A DNA stretch of 64,000 nt, from positions 160,001 through 224,000 of the forward strand of contig CAVYTU010000009.1 in the NCBI GenBank assembly GCA_963771465.1, read 5' to 3'. Source of the DNA: an uncultured delta proteobacterium. GTDB lineage: Bacteria; Desulfobacterota; Binatia; UBA9968. Position numbers and translations under genes: made by a program. The notes beneath the pieces are model-generated. The model was not told the origin of the DNA and did not search any database. It saw nothing but the letters and a program-made list of their open reading frames with translations. Shown one piece after another: positions 10,801-20,155 of this stretch (position 1 is its first letter; each line of letters begins with the position of its first letter).

Positions 10801-11991
10801 ATGAAACGCTCCGGAGTCGCAGACCTTCCCCTCCACGGTGGGCGCGTGCCGCAATGGCTTGCCGATCGGATGACTAAACTGGGTGTCGCCATCACGGAAG
10901 CCATCGTTCATGATTACGGCACTGCAGTTTTCCTCTCGCGCCTGAGCGATCCTTTTTGGTTCCAGGCTTTGGGCGCGGTATTGGGCATGGACTGGCATTC
11001 TTCCGGCGTCACGACATCCGTCATGGGAGCCTTGAAACGCGGCCTGGCGCCGCGCGCGGATGAGCTCGGCATCTACATCTGCGGCGGTCGCGGCAGGTTC
11101 TCACGCAACACGCCACAGGAGTTGCGCGCGATCGCCGAGCGTCAGGGCTTCGATGGCGAAGCGTTGGTCCGGACCAGCAGGCTTACCGCACGGGTGGACA
11201 ACAACGCGATTGCCGACGGCTTTCAAATCTATCTTCATAACTTCGTCGTAACTGCGAAGAGTGAATGGGCTGTCGTCCAGCAAGGCATGAACGACTGGAG
11301 CGGAATGGCTCGCCGTTACCACTGGCACTCGGCATCGGTGCGCGATTTCGTCGCTGAACCTCACACTGGAATCGTCGGCGAGAACCAGGGCATGATCATG
11401 AATCTCGTCGATGCTCAGGCAAAGGCCGCGCAAACCGCGCTTCTCGACATTGCTCACGAAAAACCGGCGACGACTCTGGATGCCGCGCGTTATCTGCGCA
11501 TGCCGGCCTATCATGATGTGCGCGCCAGGAATGTCGACCTGAAACGTCTTGGCGCCGTGCTCGCGGTTGCCTACGAACGCGATTTGCGCGATTTCGCCGA
11601 ACTTCTGCTTTTGGAGAACCTCGGTCCACGCACACTTCAGTCGCTTGCTTTGATTGCCGAAGTTGTCCATGGCGCAGCGAGCCGCTTTTCCGATCCCGCA
11701 CGATTCTCATTCGCCTACGGCGGCAAGGATCGTCATCCATTTCCCGTCCCATTGAAGACCTACGACGAATCCCTCAACTACTTGCGAAGCTCGCTCGACG
11801 CAGCAAAGCTCGGCGACAGGGACAAGCTCGCCGGCTTTCGCCGTCTAGACAGCTTCGTTCGCGCGGTCGAAACTGAGCTCGAACCGAAAGCGGAATTTGA
11901 CGCGGTGGTGGCGCACGAAAAAGCAATCTCCCCTTCGCTCGATGGCCGCTCCGTTTTCGATGACAAGCCGAGGCAGCTCCGACTTTTTTGA
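10801..11991 (+). CDS. DUF763 domain protein
   Basis: GVADLPLHGGRVP, DPFWFQALG, MDWHSSG and FAYGGKD.HPFPV family motifs. Confidence 0.9.
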   Translation: MKRSGVADLPLHGGRVPQWLADRMTKLGVAITEAIVHDYGTAVFLSRLSDPFWFQALGAVLGMDWHSSGVTTSVMGALKRGLAPRADELGIYICGGRGRFSRNTPQELRAIAERQGFDGEALVRTSRLTARVDNNAIADGFQIYLHNFVVTAKSEWAVVQQGMNDWSGMARRYHWHSASVRDFVAEPHTGIVGENQGMIMNLVDAQAKAAQTALLDIAHEKPATTLDAARYLRMPAYHDVRARNVDLKRLGAVLAVAYERDLRDFAELLLLENLGPRTLQSLALIAEVVHGAASRFSDPARFSFAYGGKDRHPFPVPLKTYDESLNYLRSSLDAAKLGDRDKLAGFRRLDSFVRAVETELEPKAEFDAVVAHEKAISPSLDGRSVFDDKPRQLRLF

Positions 11992-12239
11992 TCGCGGTGC
12001 GGAATTCCTACGCCACTCTGCATTTCTTGGTCAACAAGAAATCCCGCGCTTGTGATGCGCGCACAGCGTGAGCCCATGCGGGACCCGTGGAATGTGCCGG
12101 GTTAGAGACGTAGCGTCGTTTAATAGGAGCATACGAAGTAAAACGACGGAGTGCGAAAGGGGCCAATCATGCTCTGGGATAGCGGTTGCTGTGCAGCTTA
12201 ATAGGGCAGTTGAATAAACTAAACTCTGAGGAGGGTTTT

Positions 12240-12303
12240 ATGAGCGTAATCGGCTGGATATCTTTGGACTCGTCGTCTTTGAACCGGCGGGCTTGCTCAA
12301 ATG
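12240..12303 (+). pseudogene. possible 5' remnant of a GlsB/YeaQ/YmgE stress membrane protein
   Basis: Strong GAGGAGG RBS, then MSVIGWI and, after a frameshift, FGLVV. The resemblance is lost after that. Confidence 0.3.
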
Positions 12304-12360
12304 ATTCGCAGCGATCAGTCTTAGCTTATTCTTGCGTCGAAGAATGGCGCTGCGGCCGTG

Positions 12361-14052
12361 CTAGATCCTCTCTGCCTGTTTTGGTCGTTCAATCTCACTA
12401 CGTTTCAGCAAGTAATCGAGGCCACCGATCCGATACCAACGATAGCCGTAGGCATTGATCAGCAAGTGATGCTTTCCATCTTTTTCAGCGCGGCTATGTT
12501 CCTCGGTCAATAAGTTTATCAGTATGCGAGCCTCAGTACCTCGTAAGCCAGTAGCGAATGCTACCTCTCGGGGAATGGCATCCAAATTGTGGACAAACAG
12601 GACGGAATTGTTGCGCCAATCATAGCGGATTGCGAGCACCGCTGGATCTCGAGTCGAAAGCACTTCAAAGTCGCCCCAGCCGACTTCCGGAACTTCCTTG
12701 CGCATGCGGATGATGCGTTCTGTCCAGTTGAGCAGCGAATTCGGATCGCGCCTCTGCTCCGCGGCATTGACATGCTGGTAGCCGTAGGGTCCATCGCTGA
12801 TAACCGGCAAAATTGGCTTGTCCGATTTCGTGAATCCCGCATGAGGCTCCGTCGACCATTGCATCGGCGTGCGAGCGCAATTGCGCTCGGGCAGATTGAG
12901 ATCATCTCCCATCCCAATCTCGTCGCCATAGCGAACCACCGGCGTTCCGGGGAGCGTGAACATGAGGCTGTAGGCGAGCTCGATGCGCCGCCGATCGCCA
13001 TTGAGCATGGGCACGAGCCGGCGTCTGATGCCGCGATGATAGAGCTGCATCTCCTTTTCAGGTCCGAAGCATTCGAATACGCGCTGGCGTTGCTCCTCGG
13101 TCAAGCGGCCGAGATCGAGCTCGTCGTGATTGCGCAAAAACAAACCCCATTGCGCCGTCGCGGGCCGTGGTTTCGTCGCCTTGAGCGCCTGCACAAGCGG
13201 CCGACTGTCGGCGGCTGCCAATGCGTAAAATAAATTCTGATTGACCTGAAAATTGAACATCATGTGCATGCGATCGCCGTCTTGGCCGAAATACTGCATG
13301 TTGGTTTCAGGCAAGACATTTGCTTCGGCGAGAATAATGGCGTCGCCTTTGCGCCACTGAAGGAATTCTCGCAACCCACGCAGCATATCGTATTGCAGCA
13401 ACGGCTTTTTCACGCGCGGGCCCTTCGTCGAGATCACGAATGGTACGGCGTCCATGCGGAATCCCACCACTCCGAGCTGAATCCAGAAGCCCATGATCTT
13501 GAGGATCTCGGACTGGACGTACGGGTTCGAGGTGTTGAGATCGGGCTGGAAGTCATAGAATCGGTGGAAATACCAAGCGCGCGCGGTCTGGTCATAGGAC
13601 CAGGTCGACTTCTGTACTCCGGGAAAAACCATTCCTTTGTCGGCATGCGGCGGCTTCTTGTCGGACCAGATATACCAATCGCGGTATTTCGAGTCAGGAC
13701 TACTGCGCGCCTCTCGAAACCATGGATGCCGGTCGGAAGTGTGATTGACCACCAGATCCATGATGACGCGTATACCTCGCTGGTGCGCCCCGTGCGTAAA
13801 TTCGACGAAATCGCCCAGCGTGCCGTAGCGCGGATTCACCCCGTAATAGTCCGAGATATCATATCCATCGTCGCGGCCGGGCGACGGCTGAAACGGCATC
13901 AGCCAGATCGCCGTAATCCCGAGCCCGTGCAGATAGTCCAGACGGCGCACGAGCCCCTGGAAATCGCCGATTCCGTCCCCATTGGCATCCATAAAAGTGC
14001 CGACGGAAAGACAATAGATCACCGCGCTCTTATACCAAAGGTCATTGATCAT
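12361..14052 (-). CDS. treS: GH13 trehalose synthase-like / alpha-amylase family protein
   Basis: WYKSAVIY, DGIGDFQGL, DLVVNHTS, GFRMDAVP, AEAN, FLRNHDELDL and RTPMQW. Confidence 0.85.
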   Translation of the reverse strand: MINDLWYKSAVIYCLSVGTFMDANGDGIGDFQGLVRRLDYLHGLGITAIWLMPFQPSPGRDDGYDISDYYGVNPRYGTLGDFVEFTHGAHQRGIRVIMDLVVNHTSDRHPWFREARSSPDSKYRDWYIWSDKKPPHADKGMVFPGVQKSTWSYDQTARAWYFHRFYDFQPDLNTSNPYVQSEILKIMGFWIQLGVVGFRMDAVPFVISTKGPRVKKPLLQYDMLRGLREFLQWRKGDAIILAEANVLPETNMQYFGQDGDRMHMMFNFQVNQNLFYALAAADSRPLVQALKATKPRPATAQWGLFLRNHDELDLGRLTEEQRQRVFECFGPEKEMQLYHRGIRRRLVPMLNGDRRRIELAYSLMFTLPGTPVVRYGDEIGMGDDLNLPERNCARTPMQWSTEPHAGFTKSDKPILPVISDGPYGYQHVNAAEQRRDPNSLLNWTERIIRMRKEVPEVGWGDFEVLSTRDPAVLAIRYDWRNNSVLFVHNLDAIPREVAFATGLRGTEARILINLLTEEHSRAEKDGKHHLLINAYGYRWYRIGGLDYLLKRSEIERPKQAERI

Positions 14053-14330
14053 AGAAGTCAGACCTCAGCCGCGCATGAGCCAATTTTAGCGCGCCGAACG
14101 CGATCGAACAGGTCACCGTTTGGAACAATGAATTCTGTGGAGACATGGAGTCTTTTCAGTAATTGTACGGCTGCGATGGCAACTGAGGAGCGAGAGAGCC
14201 GCCGATGCTTATATGCGAATCCATCGTGACTCCACTTTGCTTCCCTAAGCAAGTTAGCAACATCGGATAGGGATGCATGGCAAATCGAGCGGTGACAGAC
14301 CGAGTTGTTTTGGGCACTGATGATTTCATC

Positions 14331-15455
14331 TCATAGCGCGGCGCTCTCAGCATGCACGAGCGCGGGTTTTTCGACAGCCGGGCGATGCGTGGTTTGTTTA
14401 ATTGACGGCCTTTGCCTTTGCCGCACGGGTGCGATTTTCACCGGGCGCCGTCGTCTTGCCGAACGATAGAGCGCTTCTATTATGCGAACATCGGCGATAC
14501 CCTCCGTACCCGAAGGCTCCGGACGTTTGTTCTTCAAAATACAATCGGAAAAATGAATCAGTTCGGGAGCAAATTGATCTCGTTTCGCAAAAGTTTGCTT
14601 GCGGGTTTTCCCTTTGACCGTAGTGTAGAGATCAATTGGATACACGTACTCATAGGCCTGTTCGAGTCGCACATCGCCTTTCGTGCCCACCACGCGGTAA
14701 CTGGCGACGTCGGCCGCACCAAAGCTCGAAGTGAAAACCGCCAGACGATCGTTCGGAAAGCGCAAAATCGCGCTTGTCATTTCGTCGATTTCTCTGAAGC
14801 GGGCGTCCTTCTTGTTAGCGCTGCTGAATGCAAAAACTTCGATGGGTTCTGCGCCGAAAAGGTAGCGCGCGGCGTTGATACAGTAAATCCCGATGTCGTA
14901 AAGCGTTCCGCCGCCTTTTTCTTTATCGGTGCGAATATTGTCGGGGCGCACCTGCATGGAAAACGACGACGTGAACATGCGCGGGTTGCCGAGTTTTCCC
15001 GCGCGTACGATCTTCACGGCTGTCATATTAGATTCTTCAAAATGAAGCCGGTAAGCGACCATCAATTTGACGCCGGCGCGTTCTGCGGCGCGGATCATCG
15101 CCGAACACTCTTTCTCGGTAACGGCCATAGGTTTTTCGCACAAAACGTGAATTCCTGCCTGCGCGGCGCGAATGCTGTAGCGTGCGTGTAGATGGTTTGG
15201 TAAAGCAATATAAACCGCATCGACGATGCCGCTGCGTAAGCATTCGTCATATTCGCGGTAAGAAAACAGATGATCGACTTGATAACGGCGCCCTAGGGTC
15301 TTACGTTTTTGCACATCGTCGGAGACCAACGCGGTGAGTTGAGAATTTGCCCGCGCATGTGCGAATGCCGGCAGCACAGCGACCTGAGCGATATGCCCTA
15401 AGCCGACGACCGCGTACCGTATCTTACGACTCCGTTTAGAAGTAGTCATTTTCAT
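14331..15455 (-). CDS. Gfo/Idh/MocA oxidoreductase (glucose-fructose oxidoreductase-like)
   Basis: YAVVGLGHIA, HVLCEKPMA and GGGTLYDIGIYC. Confidence 0.92.
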   Translation of the reverse strand: MKMTTSKRSRKIRYAVVGLGHIAQVAVLPAFAHARANSQLTALVSDDVQKRKTLGRRYQVDHLFSYREYDECLRSGIVDAVYIALPNHLHARYSIRAAQAGIHVLCEKPMAVTEKECSAMIRAAERAGVKLMVAYRLHFEESNMTAVKIVRAGKLGNPRMFTSSFSMQVRPDNIRTDKEKGGGTLYDIGIYCINAARYLFGAEPIEVFAFSSANKKDARFREIDEMTSAILRFPNDRLAVFTSSFGAADVASYRVVGTKGDVRLEQAYEYVYPIDLYTTVKGKTRKQTFAKRDQFAPELIHFSDCILKNKRPEPSGTEGIADVRIIEALYRSARRRRPVKIAPVRQRQRPSIKQTTHRPAVEKPALVHAESAAL

Positions 15456-15596
15456 TTTCGCCTAATCGACCACGAACGTAGGGCAGACACAAAAGTGATG
15501 GAGTAGATTGGACGGAAGATCATGCCGTTGAAAATAAAAGTCGAAAAAATAAAGTGCAGTCGGCGATCGTGACAACGTAGTTTTACCCATGGATAA

Positions 15597-15612
15597 AGCA
15601 AAACTAGCGCCA
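15597..15612 (-). promoter_or_regulatory. putative sigma54 promoter for the gfo/treS genes
   Basis: Minus strand reads TGGCGCTAGTTTTGCT, i.e. TGGC-N8-TGC. Confidence 0.55.
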
Positions 15613-15793
15613 TTAATTACTATCAGGAACGATAGTCATTAAGTCGCGCCATCCGAGTTAATGTCCCAAAATCAAGAAACCGTATTCTGCGGCGTCCCGA
15701 GTCCGAGAGAGATGTGCGGGTATGGGACCAACGCTCCGGCATTGGTGCGTTGAGATTCTGAGCAAGGAGACAGCAGGTGTTTTATTTTTCGAC

Positions 15794-15967
15794 TTATAGG
15801 TTCCTTGGCCCAAGCAGCCATCGACCAATCATAATCGCGAGAAAGGCCAAGGCGACCTTGAATGTAACCTTTATCACCACGCTCAACGGCCCCAAACGAA
15901 CTGCTATCAAGAAGACAACGACACACACGACGAACAGGAAGAGGTAAAACTTGACTGCGACCGGCAT
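15794..15967 (-). CDS. small two-TM membrane protein
   Basis: ATG at 15967; two hydrophobic segments in 57 aa. Confidence 0.45.
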   Translation of the reverse strand: MPVAVKFYLFLFVVCVVVFLIAVRLGPLSVVIKVTFKVALAFLAIMIGRWLLGPRNL

Positions 15968-16224
15968 GAGTTCGCCTTTATCGCCGACGGGTTTGGATTG
16001 CCAAGACTTGGCCGTGACCAGCATTCGCGCTCGTCGCACTTACGGAGACTTCGCTCTCTACAAAGATCGGCGGTGAATACATAATCGCCCTTTTGTTGCC
16101 GTGGTCTCGGCGCGAATTCCCTCCCCTAGTCCCAACGCTGGGACTCGAGACGTCGAAGTGTTTCAGTATTACGACATTAATGTGCCGGCTTCGGCACAAA
16201 ATTGAATAAATTGACCATTTTTAG

Positions 16225-16240
16225 TGGCACAACTTCTGCT
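16225..16240 (+). promoter_or_regulatory. putative sigma54 promoter
   Basis: TGGCACAACTTCTGCT (GG-N10-GC), about 105 nt upstream of ORF 16346. Confidence 0.5.
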
Positions 16241-16345
16241 GTTTATTTAAAGGGATAGTAATCGCGAGACTCAACTTATTGACAGGTCATTATCGCTGCT
16301 GACTGCGCTGCTCGTATATAAGCAGGATCAGAAAATAATCCAACT

Positions 16346-16549
16346 ATGGTCGCTTCGCGCAAAACCTCTCCGGTGGGACACCATGCGACATATTGGCTCT
16401 CGCCGTTACTCGCGGTCTTTTCGATAATAGGTTTGAGCGGCTGCGAAATTATCGGCGACATTTTCCAAGCCGGTGTTTGGGTCGGAGTTCTTCTGGTTCT
16501 CGGCGTCTTCGCGCTCATCGTCTGGATCGTTTCCAAGACGAAAAGCTAG
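16346..16549 (+). CDS. small lipoprotein / membrane protein
   Basis: Lipobox LSGC, then EIIGDIFQAGVWVG and a C-terminal TM helix. Confidence 0.7.
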   Translation: MVASRKTSPVGHHATYWLSPLLAVFSIIGLSGCEIIGDIFQAGVWVGVLLVLGVFALIVWIVSKTKS

Positions 16550-16630
16550 CGCGGACATGAATTCGAAGCCCAAGAACAATAATAGCGGTAAGGCAGAAGA
16601 CGGATGCAAGAATAGCAGCGTTAACCCCTG

Positions 16631-17433
16631 ATGCTGCTCGGCTACCTTGATCTTATGATTTCCGAATTAATAAACGATCTTAAGGCGCACACAAACAATT
16701 ATATTGATTGTAATCCGATCTTTACACGTCTTTCTTCCGGCGACATCACACTGTTTCACTACCTCGCCTACCTAAGAGAAAACGTATCACCTCGTAAAGC
16801 ATACGCCTAAATACTTGATGGTCGCCGCTAATCGAGTAGCGGAAAGCGATCAACGACTGTCCGCCTATTTTAGAAAATTTTCTTTTAGAAGAAACCGGAC
16901 AGTTGCTATGCATCAGGGACATTAATGCACTTGGAGAAAACGCGGAGCTTATCATATCTGGCGATCCCAACGCCGGAGCATGGGGAATAGTAACTCAATG
17001 TTATTTTTGGGCCGCCCAAGGCAATCCGGTCGCGCTCCTAGGCGATGCCTTCGCGACCGAAGAGCTTGGCGTCGCAAGGGGCATCGAAGTAGCGAGCCTT
17101 CTTGTGGCGAACTATGGTATTTCGCGTAAAGCAACCAATTTTTTGCGGGTTCATGGGAACGAAGACAATCAGCATCTGGAAGCGGCGGCCGGAGTAATCG
17201 AGTGGTACGCAGCAGATCGTAATCACTACGCTGACATAGATTATGCTACGAGAATGACATACCGATACTACGGCCAGTTATTCACGGATGTTTTGGAACT
17301 GGGCGACAGTTGGAGGCGGAGTTACTACGCAGCTGTCTTTCGCAGTATCGCCCAGGCGATCACGTGGCGCGACGCTACGAGCGTACCAATTCTCGCGGAA
17401 CAGGCAGAAAACCAAACTTCGAGTATTCAGTAA
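16631..17433 (+). pseudogene. degenerate heme-oxygenase-like (iron-containing redox enzyme) gene
   Basis: Reconstructs as ...YLAYLRE/TYHLVKHTPKYL...FRKFS/LEETGQLLC...FLRVHGNEDNQH across two frameshifts. The His expected after EExG is missing, and the region is AT-richer than its flanks. Confidence 0.6.
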
Positions 17434-17671
17434 GGTTATGTAAACGATACCCTTAGATTTGAGAATGCGCTGGATCTCGCGGAAAGTTTTCTTTCGGTTG
17501 AAGCAGATGTTCGACAACACTGCTCTTCCATCACGCCGTAGGTACGTCGAATCCTAGACCGCGACTTGCATTACGCCGATGCGCTCGGCTCGACGCCCTA
17601 AATATCCCTACCCCGTTGCTTGGCACAATCTGCCATGGACATTCGCTTAACCTTGCGGTAGGTGGTTGATC

Positions 17672-18424
17672 ATGAAAACGGATGAATTTATCGAGGAACT
17701 TTGGGGCTACGCCGCTGAAGTACCGATGGAACAGCATCCATGGTTCGACGGCATCATCAAGCACCGCTGGAGCAAGGAGCAGATCATTCTCGGCGAAGTG
17801 CAGCATTATTTGCGCGTGCGCACCAATCCGATCTTCTTTGGCCATATGGCGATCAACGCGGTGTCGGCGAAGGAATATGCGGTCATGGCAACGGTGTTGG
17901 AAAACTTCATGGAAGAGCTCGGCGGCAAGCGCACGCACGTCGATATCATGCTGCAATTTCTCGAAGAAGGCGGCATCACCCGCAAGGAAGCGGATAACGC
18001 CGAGCCCGCGCCAGGAACTTTAGCCGCCATCGAAATGATCATCGGCTGTTGCCAGCGCCGCTCCGCCCTCGAAGGCGTCGCCATGCTCGCCTTCGTCGAA
18101 AGCCAACTCGGTGGCGAGGGAAAGATTTCGGAAAAAGTTTATCGCGAGCTTACCGGATACTACGGATTCACAGCGCGCGCCGCGGCAACCTACCAACTGC
18201 ACGCTGCCCAAGACGAAGGACACGGCAGCCGGCAAATCGATGCAATACGAATGCTCGCCACCGATACAACAAGCCAAAACAAGATTCGCGCCGCGGTAAA
18301 ACTTGGCCTGACGGCATTCACGTTAGAATGGGACGGTCATGTTCAGGCGATGACGGGGAAGCGGGAATTTTGGGGTGGCGTGGCCGATTTGAAACTACGT
18401 CAACCTAAAGTGAAACTGGCATAA
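17672..18424 (+). CDS. heme-oxygenase-like diiron protein (PqqC/CADD/TenA superfamily)
   Basis: HPWF, ENFMEELGGKRTH, E...LHAAQDEGH ligand pattern. Confidence 0.85.
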   Translation: MKTDEFIEELWGYAAEVPMEQHPWFDGIIKHRWSKEQIILGEVQHYLRVRTNPIFFGHMAINAVSAKEYAVMATVLENFMEELGGKRTHVDIMLQFLEEGGITRKEADNAEPAPGTLAAIEMIIGCCQRRSALEGVAMLAFVESQLGGEGKISEKVYRELTGYYGFTARAAATYQLHAAQDEGHGSRQIDAIRMLATDTTSQNKIRAAVKLGLTAFTLEWDGHVQAMTGKREFWGGVADLKLRQPKVKLA

Positions 18425-18483
18425 AGACCGGAAGTCTCTGATCTCGCTGCTAAATCTTGAGCGGTGGAAACTCGAAAACTCTC

Positions 18484-18705
18484 TCAGATCGGCCACTCCT
18501 TCGGCAAATCTTTTCTAAGCGTCTTGTACTCCGGGTCGTTGCTGTGCTTAGCGCGCAAGCGCTTGAGCGCCGCGACGACTTCCTTCTGCTCTTTCTTCAC
18601 TGCGTTGGAGACCATACCCGTGGTCTCTTCGAAGCCGACGCCTCAATTGTTGTGTCAGCCGCGCATGCGTTTGAGAATGTAGAGATCGTCTTCCTTGGTT
18701 GCCAT
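18484..18705 (-). CDS. putative 73-aa selenoprotein with two Sec residues (UxxxU motif), family unknown
   Basis: Reads MATKEDDLYILKRMRG-U-HNN-U-GVGFEETTGMVSNAVKKEQKEVVAALKRLRAKHSNDPEYKTLRKDLPKEWPI*. TGA at 18657-18655 and 18645-18643. Coding-like codon usage, start 11 nt after the upstream stop, and a SECIS-like hairpin downstream. Confidence 0.75.
18602..18641 (-). promoter_or_regulatory. candidate SECIS element
   Basis: Perfect 7-bp stem GAGACCA/TGGTCTC with loop CGGGTA (18627-18608) and a lower stem GCGT/ACGC. The loop starts at +23 from the second UGA. Confidence 0.7.
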
Positions 18706-18716
18706 GCGAGATTCTT

Positions 18717-19136
18717 TCAACTCGAAATGCCGGAAAAACCTACTTTTTGGTTCGTAATTAATTCGGTCGCGGTCTCCGGCTCACCATCCGTCTTTACAGT
18801 CACGCGAATGCGAACGAAAATCCGCCAAGCGTCACCACGCCATTGGCAGTGAAAAATGACAAAAGCATTTTCAGTCACCGGTCCTGCCGGCTCCGCACAA
18901 TGCACGAGACTCTGGAACTGTTCGCTGCCGCCGCCCGACAATTCGAGCGGCGGCGTGAAACGTACCTCATCTGATTTGAATTGCCCATGGGGTAAGCGTG
19001 CGGAAAGAATATTCACTGTATCGCTGCCAAAATTTTCGACTTCCCAGCGAATATTCCAACCATTCGTCGCCGCATCGCGTGCTACCAAAAGCTGACGCAA
19101 GACGATTTTCGGTTCCGCTGGCGAAAGCGCCGCCAC
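18717..19136 (-). CDS. hypothetical protein (beta-rich)
   Basis: 139-aa ORF packed between the SBP stop and the di-UGA gene; LPHGQF and ENAF segments. Confidence 0.75.
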   Translation of the reverse strand: MAALSPAEPKIVLRQLLVARDAATNGWNIRWEVENFGSDTVNILSARLPHGQFKSDEVRFTPPLELSGGGSEQFQSLVHCAEPAGPVTENAFVIFHCQWRGDAWRIFVRIRVTVKTDGEPETATELITNQKVGFSGISS

Positions 19137-19139
19137 AGT

Positions 19140-20155
19140 TTACTTCAGCCTGCCTTCTGCGCGCAGTTCCTGCTGTGCGATCTTGAGAATCCGATCGTTG
19201 ACGACTCGATCGAGGGTAAAGTTCTTGTCCACCAGTCCGGCGCGAATATCTTCGTCGAGCATCTGCTGGAGTCCACCGGTTACGATCGACAGATCAGCCG
19301 TGAGACCCGGAGCATACAGATCGTAAGCCGCGTTGACGATATCCGTTTCGCCGCTGAGACCTGACTCGTAGCCCGCTTTGATCGCCTCGCGCTTGTTGAA
19401 TTTGGCCAACTGCATCCCTTGGATGTAAGCTTTGAGCACTCGTTTGCTCATCTCCGGAAATTTTTCCAAAACTTCGTTGCGCGTGACGATAATATTTTGC
19501 GGAATGCCCAGCGACTCGCTTAGATTACTGATCAGGGAATAACCGGCTTTGATGAGCCGAACGCCATCCTCCGGTGAGAACGGCGCCGCGGCGATTATCC
19601 CTTCTCGATGGCCGCCGCGCGCAATACGGTGCCGCCGATCGCTCGCAGCGTGACATCCTTGTCTGGGTTGATATTGTGTTTCTTGAGGAAAGCCTTCATG
19701 GCGAATTCTGAGTAGGTTCCGGCGCCGGTCACGCCGATCATCTTGCCTCTGAGGTCTTCCACCGTGCGCGTCTGCTTGTTGCCGAGCAAAATGTAATTGG
19801 TCGTGCTCGAAGTGCAACCGACTATCGATAAATCCAATCCCCGAGATCGGCTGCGAAAAACCGCCTGCGCGCCGCCGATGGCGGCGAAATCAACTTCTCC
19901 GGAAACCAGAGCGGCGATTGCCGCGGGCCCGCCGCGAATCAGGATCGGCTCGACGCTCAGCCCCTGCTGTTTGAAAAATCCACGCGCCAGCGCGACGCGA
20001 AAAGGAATCTCGCTATTCCAAGCGAGGCTGACGAATACCATGCGAACGTTCTTCTTTTCCTGCGCCAGGGGGAGTGTAGCGCTCAAGAGCACGGCAAGAA
20101 GGCAAATCCCGAATTGCGATAATCTTCGAATACCCATCACGCCAGTCCTCTTCAC
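19140..20155 (-). CDS. NMT1/SsuA-like ABC substrate-binding protein; one frameshift near 19600
   Basis: Signal peptide, GFFKQQGL, AALVSGEVDF and DLRGKMIGV. Joins as IEKG/IIAAAPFSP if one G is added to a G run. Confidence 0.85.

Noticed and set aside
13264-14229. Long antisense ORFs (321 aa here; also 23841-24854, 55510-56379, 56818-57648)
   Set aside because: They overlap well-supported genes on the opposite strand, as expected from high-GC codon bias.
17621-17636. TGGCAC motif upstream of the 17672 gene as a sigma54 promoter
   Set aside because: The GC element is not at the required GG-N10-GC spacing.
18484-18486. Third TGA of the microprotein as a further Sec
   Set aside because: No CGGG hairpin follows, and readthrough gives non-coding-like sequence running into the convergent gene. 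Treated as the true stop.
18457-18852. Plus-strand ORFs of 131 aa and 72 aa
   Set aside because: Antisense shadows of the minus-strand microprotein and its upstream gene; no RBS or recognisable motif.
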